Shown: in pieces, positions 1-12,700 of the stretch | Layout of the letters: the number at the start of each line of letters is the position of its first letter | How positions within the stretch are numbered: position 1 is the stretch's first letter | Source: Lytechinus pictus | Taxonomy: Eukaryota | Reading direction: 5' to 3' | NCBI RefSeq assembly: GCF_037042905.1 | Contig: NC_087245.1 | Span: 39,000,001-39,064,000, forward strand | Length of the DNA stretch: 64,000 nucleotides | Notes under the pieces: generated by a model | The model's database searches: none | What the model saw: only the letters and a program-made list of their open reading frames with translations | What the model was told of the DNA's origin: nothing | Program-made: the position numbers and the translations under genes

Positions 1-401
1 TATGAGAGTGTATAATGTCGTTCAAATTTTAATGTGTAGCTTTATCACTGTAAAAAAAATATTGCCTGGGTAAATTTTTTACCACCATAAGCATGAGGGT
101 AATTATATATCCAACCAATTTTGGGCAATGTTTTACCCAATGCGGGAAGCATATTGTTCTGCAAGGTTAAACAAATAAGCAGCAATTACTTTAGAATGGG
201 CCAAATTTTGAACACATTGGATAAATAGAAATGCCCAAAATGTCCAATGTTGTTTGGACACATAATCACCCTCATGAAGCACTTCTACACATGCACATAT
301 ATATAACCGAAATATCAGCTCAGTGGGACTTGAAAAGTGGAAAAAAATTGTGCATGATGCACACAATTTCGAGTCATGATCTTTTATCATTGTCGCTTTC
401 A

Positions 402-718
402 ATAGGGAGTTTTTGCAAGCACTACGCATGCAGACGCTTTCTGGAACGTTGAGAATCTATTGTCAAAGGCCCTACATGACAAAGCAGTCTTTGTCGAAAA
501 TCGGTGAGTCAAAACAGCAAGTTTCGTCGTCCTGGGCTGTGGACAAACGACATAGCTGCAATTTTTTGTCGGCTCCGAATTTTAGGGCGATCTGCTGTCC
601 CGGTGACCTTAGTTTTCGACAAAGACCTCTAAGCTGTTCATTGTAATTTGACGGACATTTTCAACCGATTTACTCCGTTGCAGAATCCGTCCCCCTTGCA
701 ATTGCAAAAACTCGCTAT
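402..718. mobile_element. ~320-bp MITE, copy 1
   Basis: Terminal inverted repeat ATAGGGAGTTTTTGCA / TGCAAAAACTCGCTAT; diverged second copy at 3916-4231. Confidence 0.7.
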
Positions 719-3490
719 TTTTCACCACAACCAAAGACGATGATCTAAAGCATTTTGTCGAGAGTTTCTTATAATTGCTCTTATCAATCCTCCCACTTCA
801 GAGCGCCTTACAGGCAAATTAAATTTTGTGTGTGGTTTAATGAGACCGGTACTCATAACATTTTCAATTATGAAACGCAGTCGAGAGAGCAAAATGTAAT
901 TGAATCGTATACAACTACCCCATGGTAGAATCACTCATATATATTTATAAAGGATTTGACCTTGTTTTTTTCTTACTATCAATATAAGTGCCGAAATAAA
1001 GAGTTTTGATTTGATGAGTTTTTCGGACAGATCCACTCCCGGCCTTAGGCGGAATTATACGTTGGAGCGTATAAGTACAAGTGAGAGTGCACTTATATAC
1101 AGTTTGCAAAAAAAAAAAAAAAATACCGGCCCCAAAAATGGTGAGGAAAGTGGAAAGCGAGGGAGGGGGAGGGAGAGAGAGAGAGTGGGGGGGGGGGGGG
1201 TAGGGGTAACAAAGGAGGGGAATTATAGAAAGAGGAAGAGGGAAGGGTGTATGATTCACATTCGACATGTTCAAATTCGTTCAAATAGAACATTCTCAAC
1301 TTTACAAAAATAAACGAAAATCAATTACAAAACGAAACATAATATAATTATGGAAGTCGAGGAATATGACAATATATGACAAGGAAGATCACTACATCCC
1401 ACAAAAAAGAATAACACGAACGCGTAGAGTTTATATTCATCAAGCACATTCTACTCAAACTAGAAATAGTGATTTAAAAAGTCTGAAATAACAAAGAAAT
1501 CACAATTATATTACAAAATTAATAGAGTGAATAAAATTAATACCGGCATGAGGAGACATCAAGGGAGAGAAGAATACATAGTAGAAATTTGGTCTGTTTC
1601 GGCATCTTACAAATACAAGGATTAGTAATGGTTAAATGCAATAAAAAATAAAATCATAGATTTTAAAAGAAAACGGAGAACAGCTTTAAAAAATGAAAGA
1701 GAATGCGAAATTTATTTTTGTCACACAATTGACGCTGACGGATAGTGTGACTTTTCTTTTTAGATATTTGAAAATCGGAAGCTCTGATTAATATAGTCAC
1801 CATTAAGGCAATGGTTATTTTGACCAATCCTTTTTTTTAGAGTGTATACTCTGAAAAGAGAGAGTCAAAAATTAATATCTAATGTGCTGGTGAATAGCCT
1901 GCATTGTCCAACCAACAAAAATGGTCAAAATCAAAATTCATTGATTAGAATCACATTTCCGTGCTTAGAATCTACCGGAACTTTGGTTGATATTTGATAA
2001 TTTTATCGGTCGGACACAATACTCAACGGCAGAATGGTTACTTTGACCAGTCCTTTTTGAGGGTAAATAGAAAGCAAACATTTTGATCAAGACATTGTGG
2101 TGGTGTCATGTATTGATGACCCATTACATAACCCTTAACCCCACCACATTGTTTTCAACTTTGAAACAAAAAGTATTTTTTTGGGGGGAAAATACAAATT
2201 TTAGCAAAAAAAGTAAAAAAGGGTGTGAAATAGATAAGTGCTTTTTACCTGCACATGTCTTTTAATATAATAAAGAAATAAGAACAATATTGTTAGTCCA
2301 GGTATGGATTCTCATTCTTGTCATAGTCTTTACATGATGGATGCATAAGAAATGTGTGGATGTGAAAATATCACATTAAGTTCGGACTGGGGTAATTTGA
2401 GCCAGCCAACATGGGGCAAGTTGAGCCATAGTAATTCTTATGGTAATGTATAATAAAAAAATAAAAGAACCTTAAAAAGCCACTGATATGCAGGCATAAA
2501 GGAGCAAATTCAGATGACAGTTCTTTTACTTGTATAGAGGATGTTAGTATTTATAAAGAATTAGCAAGTGAAAATACTTTAAATGAAAAATTGACATGCT
2601 GGTTCTTCCTGCATACATTTTGTATGCATGCAGGAAGGCATTTGGCTCAACTTATACCCCAGAAGGTGGCACAATTTACCCCATAGATGGGGCAAGTTGA
2701 GCTATTTGATATCTTTTTTTTCAAAGGTCACAATGACTTTCAGTGTGGGGGTAGAAAGTTATATATGGGTGAAAAATATTTTCCAAGAATCAAATCTAAA
2801 GGCTAGGTACCTATTTCTACAATATTATTAGTCATATCAATTTTAACATGCAAAATGCAAAAAGTGTCACAACTTACCCCGCCTTCCCCTAAACTTACTA
2901 AGTGGATACAAAACCTATTTGTAAGCATTACTCTGCCTTTCTCAAAACAGTAAATATACATTGGCGTCAAATGTAAACCAATTTGGAAAAAAAAGAAAAA
3001 GAAGAAGGAAAAGAAGAAAATGTAGCAATTAAAAAAATCCATTAGAGCAAGGAAATTCATGATAATTATATAAAACTTTAATTTTCACACAAAGACGGCT
3101 CCTTATTGATGTCTATACATTAATATGTTTTCTTTCTTGAAATCAATCTTCTTTTGTATTTTCCGACAAGATGTTGGTCAGAGAAAAATAATAGTCATCA
3201 AGCCGTCAAGCATCCTTAATCATTCCTGAATATTGTCTCAAGACCTTTTGGTGGATTAACTTTGTTTGAATCATCTTTTCTTCCCTGAATATTTGATTTT
3301 CTTCATCGAATAACTTTCTCATTATCATCGGTGATAAGAATATGATATAAGCAAGTTTTACATATTTAATATTATAACAAAGAGACAAAATGCTTTAAAA
3401 CGGAAATACAGAGTGCTTTTAAAGTTATTTTGCCTACCGAAGGCGGAGAGGAATCATTGTGTGTGATTCATAATAAGTTTGTGATGCAGT

Positions 3491-3545
3491 ATGGGGAGGT
3501 CTGTACTTAGACTGGCAAGTTGTGTCGTTTGGATAATTTCAGTGG
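3491..3545 (+). CDS. GPCR exon 1, signal peptide
   Basis: MGRSVLRLASCVVWIISV(G), donor G|GTAAGC in phase 1, joins in frame to LVRG-EC of exon 2. Confidence 0.8.
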
Positions 3546-3680
3546 GTAAGCTATAAAAAACTTTTTTTTCGTCCGAAACTTTTTTGGTATAAAACCAAAT
3601 TTCTTTTCTCATTTTTTGTGTGGATCTCTTCGGTCTAATGGTCCCAAGCCCTTATTTATATGCCAGTGGGTCTTAGTTTG

Positions 3681-3715
<35 letters not shown>

Positions 3716-6700
3716 CCTTTACTTAAAGGCCTATAGCATACTAAAGATGGGGTTGACATACACCTGGGTTCTGTTTCATATTCCTGTTATGATAACAAAT
3801 GCAGATTTCTATATATAACAATCAGCCAATTAGATTAAAAGATTTCAGTAGCCTTTAACTGCGATCGCAAATTTGTTATTATAACAAGTATAATGAAGCG
3901 GGCCTCTGGTGTCATTGGGGAGTTTACTTTTCGCAAGCACTTCGCAGACTCTTTCTGGAAAGTAGAGAATCTATTGTCAAAAGCCCTTCATGACAAAATA
4001 GCCTTTGTCGGAAATCGATGATTCAAAGCAGCAGTGTCGTCCGTGACTCTGGAAAAAAAAACTACGTTATTTTCAAGTTATCATCAGCTCCAAATCGTAC
4101 GATGATCAGTTGCCCCCGTTCACCATTTTTCGACAAAGACCTCTCAGCTGTTCATTGTGACTTGACTGGCATTTTCAATTCATTTACTATGTTATAGAAT
4201 CCGTCTCCGTTAAAACTGCGAAAACTCGCTAGTTCCGAGTTGAAATGACTTCCTCAGAAATAAGATGGTGTAATTTGGTTATGTTCACATTTATTTATCC
4301 GTGTTTTAGGTCTCGTCAGGGGCGAATGCGATGATTTCCACGCCGGTTTCCACGACTACTTCTCAACCTTGGTATCACCCGACTATCCGGACCCCTACCC
4401 ACCGGCCACCCGACGGCAATGGCGTCTTGAAATTCCAGAAGGTGTCCAGGTAATAATGAATGATATTCAGTGATGTGATTACATTGATGACGTCATCTTT
4501 CCCCTTTTTGAATCTGGTCCATATCGGCTGACAAAATAAAAAAACAGCTATATGACATTTTCAATTTTCACCTATTTTCATTTAAAAAAATTGTGATGGG
4601 CACATCTTGTGAATAAGGGAGCCGATCGTAACGCAACACAGTGTATCTTTCATGTTTTGTTATTTGAGATATAAAATATTTCAATTTACTACCAAATATG
4701 ATAAAAAATGATAAAAAAACACACCCCGGTTTGGTTCATCATTGACATAGAAGTCATCATTACTGATAGTTTACGCAAAATTCTAAATACAGTGTATGAT
4801 ATAAAAGAAATAATGAATGTATGACATTGTCAGCTCTTTTATTCGCATTTAGGCTATAGGACGTAGATAATTTTATAATTGTGACTCTTTTGTGGAACTA
4901 TGTGAAATTTACAATTGTCATGATTTTCAAATCTTACATCCGATTGCGACCTGTTCGATGAAATTCCAAGTGATATACACTTTTAAATTGTTTTCTATAC
5001 ATGTATTTTATCTTAACTCAACTTATTGTTGGGGTGGACTTGACCTTTAAAAATAGGTCTATTTGGTTGAGTAAAGTCAACATAACTGGAGATGCGATTT
5101 ACACCCATCTATCCACATGTTAGAATAATTTCCTTTTCATCCCTAAAAGGCCCTAATTCGCATAAACGCTCTGGAAATCGAAAGAACATGGGATTACTTG
5201 AGGCTGGAACACACCCACCAGACTGCACACGGCACCAATATTACTCGCTTCCCATTGGTCAGCGGTAATGTGACGTCAATGTTGCTCCCGGAGGGAAACG
5301 TGATGTTGGACTTTTGCAGCGACGAGTTTGAGAATTTCGAGGGCTTCTCTTTTGATGTGCGCACGCGTGAGAGAAATGGCAAGTGTATACATACTTTAAA
5401 AACCAATCCGAAATATTCTCAGTCGTTCTTTGCGCCCTTTCCTTTTGCCCCCCCCCCCTCTCTCTCTCTCTGACGTATTAGTTATAGAGGAGTTTCAGGG
5501 GGCTGTTTTTTGTGTTTACATTATATTCTTTGTTCGATAATTGTATTGTACTTTTCTTTCACCATTTATATAAAAAAGTCCTTTGATGTTTAACCGATCC
5601 GACCCCCAAATAATCATAAATTTGTCAATTATCATTTTTTCCCCAAGTCTTCCCCTCATCTTATTTTATTCACTCGTCTTCCTCCTCTTATTTCCCTATT
5701 TTTTCTTTTCTCTTTACCTTCTTGTTTTTTTCTTTTCCCCCCTTCTTCCCCCATTTTTTCCTCCCCCAATAAGGGGGACGGGCCTCGGCCCCCTGGATCC
5801 GCCTATGCGCTCTTCTATAATCTGACAAAGGATAACATTACATCAACAAGTGGAATGCCTCTGGCCGTCTCACCTGCATCACGCGATTCAATATAGCAGC
5901 AGTGCTGATTTTGAAAACTACTATAACTCGCACAAGATGTTCAGTGATACTTGGTTACTCTTATTTCCACGTTTTATGAACTAGACCAATACACAAATAG
6001 AGATATGATGGCAATTCAAAAAATACCCCCAACGTGGCCAAAGTTCTTTGACCTTACATGACCTTTGACCTTGATCATGTGACCTGAAACTCGCACAGGA
6101 TGTTCAGTGATACTTGATTACTATTATGTCCAAGTTTTATGAACTAGACCAACACACTTTCAAATTTATGGCTGTAATTCAACAAATACCCCAATTTGGC
6201 CAAAGTTCATTGACCCTAAATGACCTTTGACCTTGATCATGTGACCTGAAACTTGCACAGGATGTTCAGTAATACTTGATTACTATTATGTCCAAGTTTC
6301 ATGAATCAGATCCATAAACTTTCAAAGTTATGATGGTAATTCAACAGATACCCCCAATTCGGCCAAAGTTCATTGACCCTAAATGACCTTTGACCTTGGT
6401 CATGTGACGTGAAACTCATGCAGGATGTTCAGTGATACTTGATTAACCTTATGTATAAGTTTCATGAACTAGGTCCATATATTTTCTAAGTTATGATGAC
6501 ATTTCAAAAACTTAACCTTAGGTTAAGATTTTGATGTTGATTCCCCCAACATGGTCTAAGTTAATTGACCCTAAATGACCTTTGACCTTAGTCATGTGAC
6601 ATGAAACTCAGGCAGGATGTTCAGTAATACTTGATTAACCTTATGGCCAAGTTTCATGAACTAGGTCCATATACTTTCTAAGTTATGCTGTCATTTCAAA

Positions 6701-9700
6701 AACTTAACCTCAGGTTAAGATTTGGTGTTGACGCCGCCGTCGCCGTCGCCGCCGCCGCCGCCGTCGCCGCCGCCGCCGCCGCCGCCGTCGCCGTCGCCGT
6801 CGGAAAAGCGGCGCCTATAGTCTCACTCTGCTATGCAGGTGAGACAAAAACTCAACAGGCGATCAACCCTCTAAAATTGAGTTATTTTCACCCCCCCCCC
6901 TCCTTCTGTCTGTCTGTCTTTCTCCTTTTTTTCTCTCTGCAAATTTCTGTCTGTCACTCTTTCATCTCTTCACGCACTTATATCCCCCTTACGAAGATAA
7001 AAAGGTATTTTTACATTTTGTTTGTTTGTTTTATTTTTATTTCTGCGTTCACAATACATTATCAAAAATATTATCTTGTTTGCGATATACAAAATAATCC
7101 ATAATGCATACAATATAAACATAATACATAATTGAAAAAAAAATGGTGTGGGCATATACTTCACATTTTAATAATAATAAAAAGGAACATTAACAAATGA
7201 ACGCAGGAGACCGCCATCGTGAGCGGTTAAGCTTGTAATTGATGGCGGCCTCATTTTAAGACAGCAGCCTATATTATTCAATATTATCAAAACAGTACCA
7301 AAAAAGAGAATTATACAATTAAAAGTTTCATAAAACTGCACGGGGGATGTTAAAAAGTTTTTTGTTAGGAATAAATTAGAATAATGATATTCAATTATAA
7401 TTCATAATATATTGTTGGCTGCGCTTGAGTCCAATCTTTTCTCTCTTTTTAACTTTCTATCATATTTCAAAACGCTTTTCGACGTAAGTTGTGAACAGCA
7501 AATGAAAAAAATCTTTGTTCAGTTTATTCAGCTGTCTTAAACATTTATGTAACAATGTTCTTTTCGCACAAAATAGCATGTTCATGTTAACATATACTTT
7601 GTCGTTTTTCCCTTATTAATCATGCATTCATTAATAACTATACATGTTCGAAATTAGCGTTAAGGGAAACGACATTCTACAAGCTTCGTTTTTAGTCAGG
7701 TATTTGTTTTGATTTACAATAACAGATTGCGCCATTGTGTTGTACAAGAAATATGTTTGGATTTATTTTGTGCTTGCAAATATTGTTGATTATAAAAATA
7801 AGCCTTAAATCATGAAAACTTTATATACCTTCTCATTTATTTTAGATTCTTTTGACCTAAGTTGTTACGAGCCCGACGTCGAGACCTTCGCCTGTGCTTC
7901 GGGGATGCAGTTCATACACGCCATCGCACGATGTGATAGGATTGTTGACTGCCATGATCACTCCGATGAGAGTGGCTGCGGAGGTGAGCAAGGGTGAGGG
8001 GCAGGGGCGTCCATCCATTTTTCAGATTGGGGGGGGGGGCAAAATCATGAATCAACTTTCCAAAGGCGCTCGATCACACAAAACAAACAGACTCAAACAC
8101 ACACACATATGCCTATATGTATACATATATAGATATATATATATATATATATATATACAAACACACACACACACATCTCACCAACAAATTAAATTAAAAA
8201 AAAAGAATAAAAAATAATAGATGCGAGCGCGAAGCGCGAGCTGAAAATTTTGATATTTTTATCTTAAAAAAAAGAGTTTAATTGACGTTTTTAATAAAGA
8301 ACAAGAAATATATCCAACAAAAGATTATTGCAAATCGAAGTGGGAGTTCTTTTGAGATATAGAACTGAAAACGGGACATTCTATTCACCTATTCAATCGT
8401 GAAAAGTATGGGTTTTTGCTACAGAAATGATGCGAGCGCGAAGCGCGAGCTCAAATTTTTTTATATTCTAATCTGAAAACCGGACATTTTGAGCACAATT
8501 TTAGATGAAGAACGAGTTGTGTATCTCAATCCCGCTTGCTGATTTCTGTATAACATTACAATCTTATTTTATTTTTTGCACATGCAGAATTATTGGGGGG
8601 CAAAACGATATGATTTGAAAAAGGGGAGGGATGTGCAGCCCCCGAACTGAAACCGTACTGAACTGAATTAAAAGTTGCAATGGAATGAGAGGGTAAAGAA
8701 GTAGATGGCCCTGTGGAACGCTGGGGGCACAGGAACGGGGATGGGGGGGGGGGGTGGGCAATGAAAAAGGTGAAAATTATAATTTTTATGCGTGGGAACT
8801 GCTGGCAAGGGGTACAGCGGTGTGTCAGGGTATTTTGAGAAGGAGGCAATGCAATCTTCTTTCTTTACTCCCCCCTTTTCCTTTTTTTATTTACTTTTTT
8901 ATAACTTGAAAATCACAGGGGGTGTGGGCGATGACCCTTATTTCCTCGTTTCATCCGCCCCTATTCATAATGTGTAGGCATATGAATGTAAGGTGGGTAA
9001 TTCTGTTGTGAAAATGCGAACGACAGAGAAAATATGGGATAAACATCAACGTTCCCTTTTCTTTTTTATTCTTTCACTTTTTTTGCCATCCCGAGCTCTC
9101 TCTCCTCTTTAAGATTTGATTAAAAAAAACTAATTTCGAAATTTTCTTCTTTTTTTTTCCATTCAGGATGCCCTCCGGGTACATCCCAATGTGAAGGAAC
9201 TGATATATGCATCTATTCTAAATATCTTTGTGACGGAGTGGATGACTGCCCGCTTGAGGATGACGAGAACTGTATAGGTATGTCATACACAGAGGTATGA
9301 TACGGGGGGAACGAAGCGAGCGAGTAAAAAAATAAATATTTCAATTCATCAATTATTATTTTTTGTTAATAGATCAAGTACAATTTTCCACTATGGAAAG
9401 TAGGACACAATTAAATTAAAGGAATAGAATGGGGTCCAATCATGAGCCACATATTCGAGGGAATTTTGTGTAGATTATGATTTATGTAAATATTACATTT
9501 ACTGAAAATACACGTTATGGCTATTTTCGTAAGTCATTAAGCCCCACAATCCAACTTCGTAATAGCTGGACCATTATCTGTTATCTGTTTATTAATTTGT
9601 TTCTTGATAGATTGATATCATTTATTTTATGCATTAAATCTTTTGTTTCTTGATCAATCTCTTCGTTTATTCAGTCGTTTTGTTTGTCTGTGTATTGTGT

Positions 9701-12700
9701 ATATAACCGCACACTTATATTTTTTTTTTCATTTAATTGCTTATTCATTATTTGTATATTCATTTATTCATTCATTTATTTCTTCATTTATTTATTTACT
9801 TATTTTTTATTTATTCATTTATTCATTCATTTGTTTATCTATCTAGCTATTTATTTATTTCATTTATTTATTTATTCATTTATTTATATATTAATTGATT
9901 AATTAATTTATTTATTTATTTATTTATTCATATATTTATTTATTTATTATTTTTTATTCATTTATCATCTAATAAGTTAAGTGGTATGTATGAAGAAATA
10001 TAACGTTCTAATTGGCACCCCATGTAGATTCAAAGTGCCCGGACGGGTGTATCTGTGGGGAGGGCCCCTACGCCCATTTCTTCGGGCCTAGCCGGGCCTT
10101 CTGCGCCGCACCGGGTTATCTCCCATATTGGACCAATGGGTCCACCACATGGAATCAGCAGTACGCCATGAATACCACTCTCAGAACTGTTGTTATGTGA
10201 GTATAATTATTGTTTGCAAAGGCGTAGTCGGCACCGGTAGTGGAAAATGTCCTTTTCCTGGCGAATGCCGCAAAAGGAAGATAAAATATGTACAAAAAGA
10301 AAGAAGAAAATGAAAACACTTAGCGGCCCCCTTCCATCCGTATTCATTTTCTCTGGTGTAGTAGCCAGGGGCGAAAAAGAACCCATATTAGAAGGGGGGG
10401 CGAACCCCCCCCCCTCACAAAATATCCTGAGGTTCCAGAAAGAGTGCCATTATCCATACCATATTGTGTGTTCAATGAGGGAAATAGCAAATGTTATCAC
10501 TCGGTCGATACGCTCTCTTACGTCGCTCCCACGTAAACTTACGATACTAGTAGTTCACTCATTGCAGTGTTGAAGGTAAAAAACGCATTAGTGAAAAAAA
10601 AACTCTTGGTCAATAGCTATGCTTTCTCGCACATTATAATGTCTTATTGGAGACCTACCGTATATACCTTGTGTAAATATGAAATAAAACTTTTACTTCA
10701 GAAAGCATCATTCTTGCTCGATTGCTATGCTCCCTCGCCAACGCATCGGGGCACATTCTACCCTTCCTAGCAACGTATCGTTTGTGGTTTAGAAATCCAC
10801 CAGTCACGTAATATCCCCATGATTCGGGGGGCCCTATCTTATTACATTTAGTGGGTTCAAACTATTAAGTTTCTCAGGTAAAATAACACATTCTCTTGTT
10901 CGGTCGCCATGATCCCTCGGATACTTTCTACTGCAACAGACCTCCATCCGGGTTTACCTAACCTTGCAAGAAATATACAGTGGGTGCTTACAATAACAAT
11001 GTTTACGATCAGCCAATCAAATTGAATGATTTCCGTAGCTTTAAACTGTTATTACAAACTTCTTATTACAACATGGAAAGGCCCCCCCAGGATCCATCTC
11101 ACACATACTACAAGAAAATTAACTGGCTTACGCTGCATCTCTTTTATGTCTGTTACAATGTTTTTTTTATAGAGACCTTCATGACATACCCATCGGGCAC
11201 CTCGATCCAGGCAGTTTCAATGGAGCAACAAATCTGAATACCCTGTAAGTATCTCAAAGAGAGAGACAGGGAGAGAGAGAATGTGAGAAAGAGGGAGGGG
11301 GGGGGGAAGGGGAGCGGATGAAGAAGGAGGAGAAAAAATAAGATGAAGAGGAAGAGAATACCAAGAAAAAGAGGGAAGAGGAGTGAAAAAAAAAAGAAAT
11401 GTAAAGAGAAAGTCAAAGGAAAGCACAGAAATACATTGCCAGACTCACTCAAACAGACGAGATTCATTCCTCCCTTTAAAAAGGTATTAAGAATTTAGTA
11501 CTTAATGAATACTCACTGAATTAAATGGATATATATTCTTTGTACTTGTCAACTGAAACACATACCTTTTAAGCCAGAAAAAAAAACACGATATGAAATA
11601 TGAAAATGTATTGTATCATGCGTTTCTTTCCCTCCTCAGCCCCCTCCCCTTCCACTCTGCACCTGGCACTCGTATACCTGTATACAGGTATTGTTAAAGG
11701 ACAAGTCCACCCCAACAAAAAGTTGATTTGAATAAAAAGAGAAAAATCCAACAAGCATAACACTAAAAATTTCATCAAAATCGGATGTAAAATAAGAAAG
11801 TTATGACATTTTAAAGTTTCGCTTAATTTCACAAAAGAGTTATATGCACATCCCGTTCAGTGTGCAAATGAGGGAACTGATGACATCACTCACTCACTAT
11901 TTCTTTTGTATTTTATTATATGAAATATTCTAATTTTCTCCTCATTGTCCTGTAAAACAAAGTTTTATTTCGCCCTGAACATGTGGAATTACCACTGTTT
12001 AACATTTTATGGTTTAGTCAAGTTGATCTTTATTGTCAAATCTGCAAAAATTGAAATATTGTATAATTCAAACAATAAACAACAAAAGAAATAGTGAGTG
12101 ATGAGGGACATCATTGATTCTCTCATTTGCATGTGACTAAATTTTGCATATAACTATATTGTGTGAAAAATAAGCAAAACTTCAAAATGTCATTACTTTT
12201 TTATTTTACATCTGATTTTGATGAAATTTTCAGCATTATGTTTGTCTGATTTTTCTCTATTCATTCAAATCAACATTCTTCTGAGGTGGACTTGACCTTT
12301 AAATATAATTTGTAATTGTATTCAGGGGCTGCCACAAAGTCAAGCTAAGCTTTCAGTGGCAACCCCTGCAACATTTTTAAATCTTTGTTACAGAAAATAC
12401 GACCTTGTTCACATTTTTATTATTGCTAAATATTTAGCTTTCTATCATGTATTTTCTGTGTTACAGAATGTACAATAGTTATACAATATTTATTATACAA
12501 TATTTATTATACAATATTTATTATATTATATTTATTATACAATATTTATTATACAATATTTATTATATTATATTTATTATACAATATTTATTATACAATA
12601 TCTATTTTAAAAAAAAAGTTGCAGAAACAAGAAATGAAAAGAATGAAATGAAAAAGAAGAGGAGAAGAGAAAAGGAAAGAGAGAGAGAGAAATAGTGAAT

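Noticed and set aside
5930..6720. CRISPR-like regularly spaced repeats
   Set aside because: Whole ~163-bp units repeat with no unique spacers; eukaryotic context; no cas genes
6685..7104. 139-aa ORF with poly-Ala
   Set aside because: Comes from the (GCC)n tract of the HINE-like element running into intronic sequence
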